This document shows, in pieces, positions 1 to 11,904 of a DNA stretch of 64,000 nt. A model generated the notes under the pieces. The model searched no databases. It was given only the letters and a program-made list of their open reading frames with translations, and was not told where the DNA came from. This DNA is from Euglena gracilis (Eukaryota), in contig CP154954.1 in assembly GCA_039621445.1 (NCBI GenBank), positions 12,704,716 to 12,768,715 of the forward strand, in the 5' to 3' direction. Position 1 is the first letter of the stretch. Each line of letters starts with the position of its first letter. Both the position numbers and the translations under genes were made by a program.

Positions 1-312
1 TTCTCCTCGGGGTGGGTTGCCCTGCGCACTCCCAGGGCGAGAGGGTCTAGAAAATCGCATTGCTGCTGAAGAAAAAGAATCCCCAGGGCGGCGCCCACGG
101 GCCGCTTCCCTGTTGGGTCGCCAAGGGGCTTGGGGCCGGGGCAAATCCCGCTTCGCTTGCTCCCCTGCGGACGGGGTTGGCGGGGCACAGGCACCACGCT
201 GCCTGCCACCCGCCCGGACTTGGCTCGGTCTCGCTCCGGGGACGTGGCTCCCGCAGGGTTGGTGGCCCTGGGGAGGGCCGTGGGGGTGGCGCCTTGGACC
301 GGGGTGGTCGGC
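1..312 (-). CDS. Downstream continuation of the same ORF after removal of the MITE (ADHPGPRRHPHGPP...), open to the window edge
   Basis: Joining 634 to 312 gives GGG GAG|GCC GAC CAC CCC GGT CCA (GE|ADHPGP). All 104 codons from 312 to 1 are stop-free (checked by hand). Confidence 0.6.
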
Positions 313-317
313 CTCCC

Positions 318-630
318 CAGGGCGGTCCATAAGGGACGGGAAGTTTTTTTTTTTTTTTTTCGTTAAGGACCGCCCCTTAAGGACCGCCCCCCCGACCAAG
401 GATCGACCGGGACTTGAACGGGGGTCGAAAACCAAAAAGTCGAAAAACGCATTTTTTGACGCTATGGGCGGATGGGCGATGTTCCAAAAGTGCCAGGAAT
501 CACTTTTTTTCCCCGAAGTCGACCCGTTTCGGGCAAAATACGGCCACTTTTCGGTCATGGATTTTCAAAAAAATTTCTCGGCTGTGCCGGGACGGGATTT
601 TTTTTTTTTTTTGGCTTAAGGACCGCCCTG
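318..630. mobile_element. hAT-like MITE (313 bp), candidate introner
   Basis: TIRs CAGGGCGGTCC(A/T)TAAG; perfect 8-bp TSD GGCCTCCC at 310-317 and 631-638; same TIR family as 33545-33855. Confidence 0.92.
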
Positions 631-633
631 GGC

Positions 634-2233
634 CTCCCCGATCCTGGCACCTTCATGCCAGTCATGCGTCTGGCGCTCGAGGTCCGCGGGGCGCTCGACG
701 TTCTGGACTGCTGCGGCTTCTTGCCATTCTTGGATGATGCTCCGCCGCTGGGGGCCGCACGAGGCCCAGACCTGGTTCTGCAGATCTGGGTCCCATGATT
801 CGTACACGGCTTGTCCTCGTCCTGCTTCTCGTGGATCCTTCAGCACCGCCTTCCACTCCTCGTACTTGGCTCGCCGCTCGGCAGGCCACTCACTCAACGA
901 AGTGAATTTCCTCTTCTTTGTGGGGCCTTGGGAAGAGGTGTCGTCGTCGGTGGTGTCGCTGGGTGGCGGCGGGGGAGCGGTGAGGAGGAGGCGGTTGGGG
1001 GCCTCGATGGCGGGAATGGGGAGACCTTGGAGGAGGGCCAAGGAAGACGAGGAGGAGGAGGGGCCGATGGTGAGTGCGTTGAGATGCACATTCTGCACGA
1101 TGGAGGGGGCTTGTGGCGCGGAGGGAGGGAGGTAGATGGGGATGGGTACCCGGACCTCCACGGGGACGGGGACGGGCATGGGGACCCGGACCTCCACGGG
1201 GACTTGCACGGGGACCGGGACGACCCGCTCGATGACCCGATCCACGAAGACAGGCTCCCGCACGGGAACGGGGACCTGCCTCTCGACGATGACGACCCGC
1301 TCCTGGAGGACCTCACGGGTGGGTGGGGGGAGGCATGGGGTTGGGGAGGCGGAGTCCGGGTTGGGGAGAGGGGAGCCTTGGGAGGCTGTGGAGGCCGTTG
1401 GGGCGCTGGGGGATTGGGAGGCGGTGCTTGGCTGCGCTGCTACCACCTCGAGGGCGTCCGTCTCCGTCTCCATGGCCGTGGGCTGGCGACTCTCAGGCCC
1501 GCCCGGGCTCCCCGGGGGAGGGAACCTTGGCGGCGTCACCCCCGGTTCACCGCCCAGCGTAAACCCCGCTCCGGTGTGGGCCAGCCTGTCGCTTGGGGCG
1601 TCCCCCCTCGGCTCTGAGGCCGGTTCTGGCAGCACGATCACGGACCCGCCCGGGCTCCCTGGGGCTGAGATCCTTGGCGGCGTCACCCCCAGTTCACTGC
1701 CCGACGTAAACCCCGTCACGGTGTGGGCCAGTCCGTGGCTCGGGGCGTCCCCCTCGCTGTCCTCAGGCCCGCCCGGGCTCCCCGGGGGCGGGAACCTTGG
1801 CGGCGTCACCCCCGGTTCACTGCCCGGCGTAAACCCCGCCCCGGTGTGGGCCGGCCTGGTGCTGCGGCTGGTTGGGGCGTCCCCCTCCTCTTGGCTGGTT
1901 GGTAGAGGCTCGCCCGGGCTCGCCGGGGGCGGGATCCTTGGCGGCATCACCCCCGGGTCCTTGCCCTTGCTGCTCACGGATTGGGCGCACCTCACCTCTG
2001 GGGCGTCCCCCTCTCTGAGCCCTGGCCAGTGGACGGATCGGGACGCTCCTCTCGGGGCCTGCTGCTTGCTGTGGCGCACGTGGGCCTCCCGGTCGATGAT
2101 CATCACGTCCACGTCGGAGGGCTGGGGGGCGGAGGGGGAAGGGGGCGGCGTCATCTCGGCCAGCAGGTCGTCGATGCCCCCGGGGAGGGGGGGTGCGGGG
2201 TGGCCGAAGACGGAGAGTGCGGGGTGGCCGAAG

Positions 2234-2281
<48 letters not shown>

Positions 2282-2538
2282 AATTGGTATGGGTGGGGAG
2301 CTGGTTGTTGGGTCGTGTGGCGGTCGAAGTCGGCTGGTGCGTTTCGCCCCGACCGGTGGGATTGGGGCTGATCACAGGAGATCCCACCGGCCTTTGCTCC
2401 TGACGCTTCTGTCGTCCTTGGGCCTTCCTGCCGGGTGGTCGGCGGTCGTGTTGGTGGTTGGGAAGGTCGGACTGGGCGGGGGGTGGGGGCTGGAAAGAAC
2501 ACCTTTCCCGCTAGTGGCACCAATTGTGTGATGTGCAT
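634..2538 (-). CDS. Pro-rich, repeat-containing protein, upstream exon (possible non-LTR retroelement N-terminal ORF or host gene); start uncertain (ATG at 2538 or 2154; frame open to 2916)
   Basis: 766-codon open frame in GC-rich sequence. Contains ~40-aa repeats (GDAP..HTGAGFT.G.EPGVTPPR.PPPGSPGGP), a VPV-rich block, and a non-repetitive C-terminal part ending ...DWHEGARIGE. The ORF-track stop at 616-618 lies inside a MITE TIR. Confidence 0.65.
1490..2030 (-). repeat. Coding tandem repeat, ~120-135 bp unit, about 4-5 copies
   Basis: Recurrent ccttggcggcgtcacccccggttcac and ggggcgtccccct motifs. Confidence 0.85.
2236..2277. repeat. (CT)21 microsatellite
   Basis: Read directly; 42 bp, so frame-preserving. 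Confidence 0.95.
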
Positions 2539-3047
2539 GCGCCAGGAGTGTCGGGTAGAAAGGGAAGGGGAGGAAATGGGGCAGTGAGGCCAGTCCTCGG
2601 CACATTTCAGGCTCGGTCTTTCACGAAGCCTGAAGGCCAGGCCTGGACACTCATGGGGAGGCAGGCTTGCTCGTATTATGGGCTGAGGCCGGGTCTGGGC
2701 GTGGCTCCCGGGGCTGGCAGCAGACCCGGTCTCAATGCTCCAAGGCCAAGCCTGGTGGCCCCTCGGGGGCAGGTGCAGACCTTGGGGGGTCCTGAGGCTG
2801 AGCCTGAGCGCTCCCAGCAAGGGCAGGCGCAGGCTCCTCGGACCCAGTCCGGACCTGCGCACGCACCTGTTGCTGACAGGCCTGCCCTTCTGCAATCGGA
2901 GGCCCAGCCTGGGCAACCAATTGGAGGGAGGAGAGGCCTCTTTCCCACCAAGAAGGGGACCGGCCGAGGCGCGGTTTCCTGCTTGGGACCCATGGGAGAA
3001 ACAAAGGGCGGTGGAGGCCTTTTCCGGGTCTCCAACCGCCGTACACT

Positions 3048-3408
<361 letters not shown>

Positions 3409-4134
3409 CTCACACTTTTAAATATTTATCTATTTTGTTGTTGTATGAAGGGGGGAGGTTGTTATCGTTGGTGGGAAGGATATGAAATGCCTGTCATCGT
3501 TCATTTCGTTGCAACGTTGGCAAAACAAATTTTGCTTTTGGGGCTATTTTGCCTGGTGTTGTTAGGCATAGCCTCAGTATTTATGGACCTTCCCCCCCTT
3601 TTGGTCCGCAGGCCAACTGGGAAAAGTTGTTGGTTTGAAAAGCAGGTGCTGGCTTGACCCCCTTTCTTTGGAATTTCTTTGGTATATTTTGCCTTGTGTT
3701 GTTAGTCCTAACGTCAGGATTTCAAGACCCCCCCCCACCCCGAGGGTCCACAGGCCTACTGGGAAAAGGTGCCGGCTGGAAAAGAAGGAAGGGGCTGGCT
3801 TGACCACCTGGGGGGGGGAGTTCAGTGGGGGTCCAGCCAGCCAGCGGAAAACAGCCCAAATCCAACTGGGTTGGCATTTTTGAGCCAGAATTTGGAGCTG
3901 AAAATCCAAAAACCACAATAAAATGCCATTTCAGGCCATTTTTGACCCTTTTTTCAAAAAGTTCAAAATTTGCAAAACCGGCTTCAATTTTCCTTTTATT
4001 TCAGCTGACCCCCCCCCCTGGGGGAAGGTCCGCAGCCCGACTGGGAGGGTAGGGTCCTCCGCCTTCAGAAAACCCTTAATTATAACTGCTGAAACAAAAC
4101 GAATTAACGAACAGTGCCACTGGAGCAGTGGATG

Positions 4135-6290
4135 CAAGCTGGTCCGTTTACAATTTTCGGTGCCTTTCCACCCAGCAGGATGGACAGCGAAGCGGCTTGT
4201 TACTGATAGCCAGTCTCCCCACACCCTCGGCCGTGCCACGCCTCTGCCAATCGCGACCCTTTCCTTCGTTCATGACCCCTATTCTTTCGACTGTCCCTGG
4301 GTTTATGCCAAGAAAATTCTTCAACTTCTTCAGAGGAGCCTTGCTGTCACAATGCACTCATTCTTTTTCTACAGATATTTGTCGTCTTCCAGCGTCCCTC
4401 CCCCCAACCAGCAGTTCTTATTTTGGCTAGCTGGACCTCCTGGGTCTGAAACAGCCGGATAATGAGCGCCAGGTTCAGTAAATGGCTTGGTGTATTTGAC
4501 GAAATAATGAGAAACATGTTTGTAAAAATGATTTTATTGTGGCCCACCCACCCACGCCCCCCACACTCAAGAGAAGTTTGGACATGTCTTTTTCATGTTT
4601 AACATTTTTACGACCAGTTGCATGGTTGTTAGGGCATTTGTTCTTCAAGTGTATGTCGTGAATGTTTTGTCGTTAACTGTGTAGGGACCGCTCTTCGCAG
4701 TTTCGCTTATTGTTTCACAAAAAAATGAATTTGAATGCAGTGTATTCAATGTATTATTTTCAGGTTCGCTAGGAAACCAATTTGAAAAAATTTGTCACGT
4801 TGATCCCAGGGACTGCGCCAACGGACCCCGTGCCATATGCTGACGACACATCCCAGCATCTTCCTCTCGGCCTGAGAATGGAACACGAAGTAAAAACCCT
4901 TGTGTTATCAGAGGGGTTTGTCACCAGAGACATTGGCTGAACGATGGATAATTTTAAATAAGGAATTATCAAAAAAAAATGATTGGACAACGGATAATTT
5001 CCCACTCAATTTTGAGGTTGTACACCTAACATAAAACAGCTTTGGGGCAACATTTCTACCTCATTGTGCATAGTGCATAACCTCCCAAAAGAGTATCAGG
5101 AAAAAACAGTGGGCATGGCTTATGTCGCAACCCCCCCCTGAAGGATGAGTAATAGGTTTTTTGGCCCAAACCCTTGCCTTTGGGAGGGGGGTAGCAAAAA
5201 AAGTATCGTTTACAATTACCCAGAAAATATTTTCCATGGATTTAGAGTGTTTCTATCCAGAGTGACCGACCACACGTCAGGGGGGGGGGTTAGACTCGTT
5301 TCTTTTTTTTAAAAAGAATGTGGCAGATTCGTTGTTGGAACCCCCCCCACGATCAGTCTTAGGCGGTTTTTGGCCCAAACCCTTGCAGGGGGGGGGGTAG
5401 CAAAAAACCGCTTTAAAATGGCCCAGAAAAAACTTGGCCAATTTTCTTTGGATTTAGAGTGCTTGTCTCCAGAGCGTAACTCGCAGTTGGGGAATTTTTG
5501 TCGGAAACATTGTCTGCTAATGCTCTACAAAAGTCGGCCCCGCATCTGGGAAAGCAAAAATATGCTTGTTTCATGCCTCGCGAATCCTGTTTTACCATAT
5601 GTTGCAAAAAATTGGCGCTTCACTAGCCTTAGTTGGGAGTGGGGGGGTCCTCAGAATTGGGGCGGGGGCGGATATGCTTCAGGTCCATGGAAAACTTGTA
5701 TCATCGCAAATGTCGCCTCAAGTGCAACAGAAGGCTGATATTTTGGGTACAGAGAATATTTAATTTGAAACACACGGTGGAAAAATTGGAAAATCGATTC
5801 CAAACCTAGGAAACCGGAAGATGACAGATGCGCAATTTTATAAACTTTTTAAAATTCCGGAACTCGTTCGTTTTTTGAGAAACAATTCATTTGCACACCA
5901 ACCATTGTGAATTATTACAAATTATTGCATAACAAAGAAGTTCCGGTCTCAGGTAGTGCATCCTGTTTGGTAGGTTACGTCCTGTGACAGATAGTTTGTC
6001 TCTGCTCCATGTGCACTTTTGTATGTTTTATCTCCTTCCGCCAGTCGTTTTCGTGTCGGTTTACATAATCCGTGAAAATGATGTAAAAGCAGAGGCACAT
6101 TTGCAAGCAACCGTTCTTCGTCGCACACTGCACACTGTTCCCATTCACAAACCTTGAACAATTTGACCAGCTGAAAACCAGAAAAAGTTAGCTGTTACAT
6201 TTCATGAGGCAAACAAAAAGAAGCAAACAGGATGTTTTAACAATTTCAGCTTAAGGGATGGATTGCACAAATGTGTTACACTGACCACGT
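4135..6290 (+). pseudogene. Degenerate multi-exon gene of unknown function (copy A; homologue 37860-39850)
   Basis: Peptides conserved between copies despite frameshifts and stops (TLSFVHDPYSFDCPW, FDEIMRNMFVK, FVTLIPGTAPTD.VPY, YKSR.RIWE.KN.LVS.LA); AG acceptor-like sites precede the TLIPGTAPTD exon in both copies. Confidence 0.5.
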
Positions 6291-6399
6291 CCACGTTTGC
6301 ATAAATGATCCCGGATGATTCTGGATCTCTTCTATTGGAATTGGCTGCTCCAGCATAGCGGCTGTGTAGCAAGTGTGGTATTGAGACAGGTAGGCAGAC

Positions 6400-6819
6400 A
6401 GCAGCTCAAATCCAACCAGCAGCCCAAATTCGGGCTGGGAGCCCCCCCCCCACCGGGGGTTGAGTGAAATAAAGTCGGGACCAGCCCGGCCGGAGGCCGG
6501 GCCAGCCGGCTGCCAACTGGGCTGCCTAGCTCACTTATCCCTGGATTTTTTTCTCTCATCGGAGCTTCTTCTATCACAACCCCCAGCTTTGATCTAGCTC
6601 CATCCATCAAACTGTCGAGAAGGCAAAAAAATGTTTTTGATTTTTTGTTTTTCATCGACCCAGCCCCAGCCAAGCCAGCAGCTCGTTTCCAGCCAGCAGC
6701 CTTTTTGCCTTTTTGCTGGGCCCCCCGGTTTTGGCTATTTTTGGCACAAAACACTGACAGTTTTTTAGCCCATTAATTACCCCCAAAAGTGGGTACCCCC
6801 CGGCCTTTGAAAAATCCTG
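6400..6819. mobile_element. Truncated CAG-terminal MITE; internal part is the reverse complement of 60049-60420
   Basis: Ends gggtaccccccggcctttgaaaaatcctg; other end missing. Confidence 0.6.
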
Positions 6820-7576
6820 ATTTGTATACAACTCCCAACTCCCGGCATCAAGTTTGCCTGTTATGCGGTTCTAAGTTAGAAATAATATATGATTTCATCC
6901 ATTTTTCACATTTGTCTGCTGCCTGTCAACGACAAATGTTTTGTTTGCGCCGTTGCTGCTGCAGAAGGTCGCTTTTTCCATTCAAGCAGTCGCCGTGGAG
7001 TACTGAGACAACTGAGTCATTACGCAGTCCGCTGGGTGAGGGAGAAGGAGGAAAGTCGCCCCGCCCCGTTGCTGCCAGTCAGCCTTTGTTACAAAGACGC
7101 TGCAGGACGAGGCCGGGCAAAGGTCCCCTCCCAAAATTATGAGACCCTTTTCTGTCCAGAGGAGAGTTGAGAGGAATGGAACTTCAGATGGCTCCGGTTT
7201 GCCATGGTGCTTATTTGACATATGTTGCAAAGAACGAAGTGAAATGAACCCGATGGGTGCAATCGAGCAGGAGCACGCCACGCCGCGGACCAGTTGCTTG
7301 GAGCCCAATTGCGAACCCACAGTTAGTATAGTAAACCCCCCCGTGATAGCTGACCTTCAACCTACCCATTATTGTCAGCCCACAAGACACGGAGCCTGGC
7401 TTCTGATTCTGTAACATATCTTTCATGAACGACGTCAATCTCCCTCATTTTATTTGGAGTGGTTGTTTCCTAGACGACGAATTGAAGAAGACCAATATTT
7501 GACCAAAGAGTTGTTTTTTTTGCCTCTTTCATTGTATTTTTTTGTATTTTTTACAAAAAAAATCAGTGGATTGTGT

Positions 7577-8271
7577 CAGGGATTGGTACTCATACCGAAA
7601 CAGATAATTGCAGATGATTACGGATAGCTATGGATAAGCCCAAAAGCCCCAAATATTAATAACTGCGGATAATTACGGATAAGCCAAATGTTTTGATTGT
7701 TGAGGCCATTTTTGCCAACTACAGGCCATTTCTTGATTGTTGAGGCCATTTTTGGCAATTATAGGCCACTTTTAGCTCTCTGGTTGCTCTTCTTTGATTG
7801 CTTCTGGCTGCTATTTAGGCAATTCTGGCCTCTTTTAGCCCGCTGTTTTTTGTCAATTTTGGCCATTTCTGACTGCTTTTGGTTGCTTCTGACTGTTTTG
7901 GCTGCTCCCCATCTTTAGCCCACATTTGGCCATTTCTGGCTGTTTCTGGCCGCTTTCAGCTGTTTTGTGGTCTTTTGGATTTTTTTTTGATTGGTTTAGG
8001 CTTTTGTGTGTCTCTGTCTCTCAGTTTTTTTTATTATTTAGGCCGCTTTGTTGCTTCTGGCTATTTCTGGCTGCTTCTGGCCGACTTAGTCATTTTTCAG
8101 TGACATTTTCCTGATTGTAGGCATTTCTGAGGCGATATTACGATCAATCTTTCTGTTCTCATTAGCTGCAGCCATTTCTGGGTGGATGTTCCCAGTCAGC
8201 ACAGGCATTTTTGCAATTACGGATAATTACGGATAACTGCGGATAACGACGAATGTATGCCCCATGCTCTG
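7577..8271. mobile_element. Old CAG...CTG element with subterminal TTACGGATAA repeats, shared by copies A, B (~44615-45208) and C (~60007-61050)
   Basis: Starts cagggattggtac, ends ccccatgctctg; clustered (t)tacggataa repeats near both ends; separates two conserved coding-like segments; TSD no longer recognisable. Confidence 0.55.
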
Positions 8272-8959
8272 ATTATCGTACTCTCACTAGCGATGCGAGG
8301 CTTGCAGGTGTCATTCAGCCTCCGCTAAGACCCCGTGCCCTGGTTGCTATTGCCGTGCCCACGCCAGGTGTAAAACACCCCATCCGCTCATGGCCCATAT
8401 CTCCATATCTGTTCCCTCCCCTCCTTGTTTGACGAGGTGTCACTCACATTCCAGGCAGGGCGTCGCTTAAGCCAAAGGGCACCTCATCCCCGGGTGGGAG
8501 GGTCCACCAGCCAGTTGCCTTTTTCCATCCTCGGACACCCCCCCCCCTATCGATGATTTATTTTGCAGTCCCAGAAAGAAGGCTGGATGGTAACGTATTT
8601 TTTTTTGCTTTTGTGGGTTACATACAGACCAAAAAAAAACGCGCAAAAATGGGCCGCAAACAGTGGCTAGCGCATTATTTGGGTCGAAAAATTGATTTTT
8701 GCATACTTTTTTGTCTCCTTCTGCAGTATGGCTGGACAAATATTATTCATTTTATCTATTATTTTATAGTTTTTTATTATTATTTCTAATGGTAAAGGTA
8801 TACATCCATCAAATATTATCATTTTTACATTTTATATAACATAGTATTAGTTGATCTATTATTCTAAACATATTATATTATGTTGTGTTACAATATATTT
8901 ATAATAATATTAATTCTAGTAGGCATAGGTGTTCGTCCTACCAGAAATTTTGCAGTTTC

Positions 8960-9128
8960 GACTTTTTTTTTTAACCCAATTCGACTCCAGTAGCCTTTGT
9001 CCAGCCCAAATTTTCCAGCCACACCCCTCAGCCCTCAGGCGACACCTTGTTTCCAAATTCCTGTTCGTGTAGGTGCTTAGGTCTTCCTGCCTGCGATACT
9101 CCAAAAATGGCTGTCGGAATGTGACCAA
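8960..9128 (-). pseudogene. Coding-like exon remnant (TFRQ.FLEYRRQEDLS....YKNRNLETGRR), also at 46830-47020 and 61450-61650
   Basis: Same peptide readable on the minus strand in all three copies. Confidence 0.5.
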
Positions 9129-9139
9129 CTCCCACTGGG

Positions 9140-9846
9140 TGGGACAGGCGTTAAGCAGTGGTATGCATCAGACATTTTTTCCCCCAGAACCTGGGCAGAG
9201 GGGAAAAAAAAGTTGCCAAGAGTTCTTAATCACACAGAAAATGCCCAGCAGAAGAAGGAAAGAGTTTAAAAATGTCCGGATCAGAACAGAACATAAAGCA
9301 AATCAGAAATTGAACATTGATTGAGTGTTTCCTATCCCTTAGCCGATCTAACGTATGTTCCCATGGGATGCGGTATGCATTCCCACCCTCTGGGGGGGTG
9401 ACTGACTGGTTTTCTGGCCGAGACCCCTCCGCGGGAAGTGGGCCCAAAAATGAAAGTGGCTGCCACTTTCAGGCTGGCATGACGCCTGACGCCTGACGCG
9501 GAATATTTTGAAATTTTTGAGATTTTTTGGTAGATGTTCATTGCCTCCTCTTCACAACAACCCAAAAAAGAAAAGCCTGCCACTCGAGAACATCCACTGC
9601 GATCGGATCCGAGACACAGTTCTCAAGATAGATAAGATCCTGAAACTGGGTGAGACCACACATGAGAAAATACCTCCAAACTCATTGCATCACCATAGTG
9701 CCTTGCCAACATAAGCGTATTCAAGAGTGACCGCCCCCCAGGGGAGGTTAAGTGACTGACTGGTTTCTGGGGAAAAAAGTGACTGACTGGTTTTTACAGA
9801 CAGGAAAGTTCCCCCCCCCCCCGGGGGGTCGCTAAGGAATGGTATG
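9140..9846. mobile_element. CAT...ATG element whose left end and flank were subsequently inverted
   Basis: Similar 14-mers taagcagtggtatg (9152-9165) and taaggaatggtatg (9833-9846) are followed by catcagac and gtctggtg (reverse complements, 7/8). Empty site gtctggtg at ~47278 in copy B. Confidence 0.6.
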
Positions 9847-10050
9847 GTCTGGTGATTGGCTGGTTTGATATCAGCGTTCTTTTGGGATGTCTTTTCCTCT
9901 TGCCTCAATCACAGCAATATATCTTGTGGTATTTCTCAGCAGGAAAATACACACACATCCGGGATACCCCTAAGTGAACACGAAAAATTATTATGTTGTT
10001 GTTGTTGTCGTTGTTGTCGTTGTGGTGGTGGTGGTGGTGGTGGTGGTGGT

Positions 10051-11674
10051 CAGGCACTTATAGCTAAAATGGCCTAAAATGGCCTTAAATGGCCTAAAAT
10101 GGCCTAAAATGGCCTAAAATGACTTTTTGACCCCCGATAGGTGGGGGTCCCTAAAATGGCCTAAAATGGCCTAAAATGGCCTAAAATGGCCTAAAATGGC
10201 CTAAAATGGAAAAAATTCTGTTGCACAACATTTTTTTTTGTGAACAACTGATGCCATTCAGGTAATTACTTTCGGTGTCTTTTGTTACAGCTGGTTGCGG
10301 AATATGTATCGAAATCAAAATAACTGCCAATTTTCTCAATTGTAATTGGTCAATTATATCTAAATAATTGCCAATTTTCTCCAAACAATTGTCAGTTTTC
10401 TCAAAACAATTGCCAATTTTCTGAAAACAATTGCCGTTTTTCTCAAGAATGAATGCCCTCATGACAGTTGTGTTTGGAAGACAAGTTTCTGTTTCATAAT
10501 CGTCTCTTTCTCTTACATCCATGTCTGATCCGAATAATGCTCGTCATGGGTACAATGTGTTGGCCAGGGGTTTGCCTAAAATGTGGGCCCTCCTGACGGG
10601 GCTGTCGGATGACTTTCTTTGACTGTCCACCTCAATGGACACTTCTTTTTTCTGATTATGAGACATTGCAATTGCTTTTGAGAAGATTGCAGTCATACTT
10701 TGAGACAGTGGCAAAATTTTTGAGACAGGTGGCAATTCACTGTGAGTATCAGTATCAGTCCCCATGGTCCCCAACCTTCTTTTGGTATTTGAATTTTGAA
10801 GGTTTGGACACCTGGATTTTTTTTCTTACTCCCATCTTTTTTGGTGCAACGATGTCTGTTTTGCAAATAATGAAACAGTGCAAATTTGGAAGCATGTGGA
10901 AAAAGACAGGGAAAGAAAGAAAGACGAAAGATGTTGGAAAAATCTCAATTGAAAGATGTGCATGCTCATTTGTTTTGTTACGTACCAGGGATTCCTTCAA
11001 ATCACGAACCAGCACAATTTTGGGGATTTTCCAAAACCACAAATTATCAAGCCGAGTGATCAAGTGACCCAAGCAACCACAAACAATTATGAATGAGATT
11101 ATCTCCTGTTTATGAACCTTTTTAGTATTAAGTTTCCCCAAAGGGGAAAACAAACACGGAGAAGAGGAATTGCTCTCAGCTTTGCTCAGCTCTCAAATTG
11201 AATTTCACCATGCAACAGCATCATCTTTCAGAAAAATGGCTTCTTTTTGCGAAATCCTGCAAAATGGCGTAGATTTCACAAAATACAAAAAACTGGGCGC
11301 TTTTTTTTTGGTTGCGCAAATAAAAACTTTTAATATTTGTCAAACGTTTTTTATGAAAATTTTTCATTGCCATAATTTCTTACTGTTTAGAATTCCTCTA
11401 TGGGTATGAATTAAGATTTGTTGATCATGGTTCTGATACATTGTTCATGAATTTTGCATGCTTTTTTGTATGTATATTTCTTACTGAATAAGAGAAGGTT
11501 TGCACACGTTATGATACAGTTTTTTGGGACAAAAATGACGAAGAATTATGATTTTCAGAATCCCCACCTATACCTTAAAATGGCCTAAAATGGCCTTAAA
11601 TGGCCTAAAATGGCCTAAAATGGCCTAAAATGGCCTAAAATGGGGAAATTTTTGGGCTTGACTATAGGTGCCTG
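10051..11674. mobile_element. Non-autonomous hAT-like element (1624 bp) inserted in a (GGT)n tract
   Basis: TIR CAGGCAC(T/C)TATAG; flanks GTGGTGGT on both sides (within microsatellite); subterminal (AAAATGGCCT)n arrays at 10066-10208 and 11577-11642. Confidence 0.82.
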
Positions 11675-11721
11675 GTGGTGGTGGTGGTGGTGGTGGTGTT
11701 GTTGTTTGGAGTTGGAGTTGG

Positions 11722-11755
<34 letters not shown>

Positions 11756-11809
11756 ATTGTTATTATATTATTATTGTTGTTGTTGTTGTTGTTATTGTTG
11801 TTGTTGTTG

Positions 11810-11855
<46 letters not shown>

Positions 11856-11902
11856 GTATTATTATTATTATTGTTGTTATTATTATTATTATTATTATTA
11901 TT
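11675..11902. repeat. Compound (GGT)n/(GTT)n/(ATT)n trinucleotide tract (left part at 9990-10050)
   Basis: Read directly. Confidence 0.95.
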
Positions 11903-11904
11903 AA

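Noticed and set aside
2514-2548. Minus-strand CCTGGCG.ATG...TGGTGCCA resembling the start of the ingi/L1Tc 5-prime signature (HDV-like ribozyme)
   Set aside because: Only two short words match from memory; the P1 helix is incomplete and the rest of the double pseudoknot cannot be built by eye
10066-10208. AAAATGGCCT array as CRISPR or telomere
   Set aside because: No spacers or cas genes; it is a subterminal repeat inside a TIR element
10181-11153. hAT transposase ORF within the 1.6-kb element
   Set aside because: Only short ORFs, with no BED finger, DDE or dimerisation motifs recognisable
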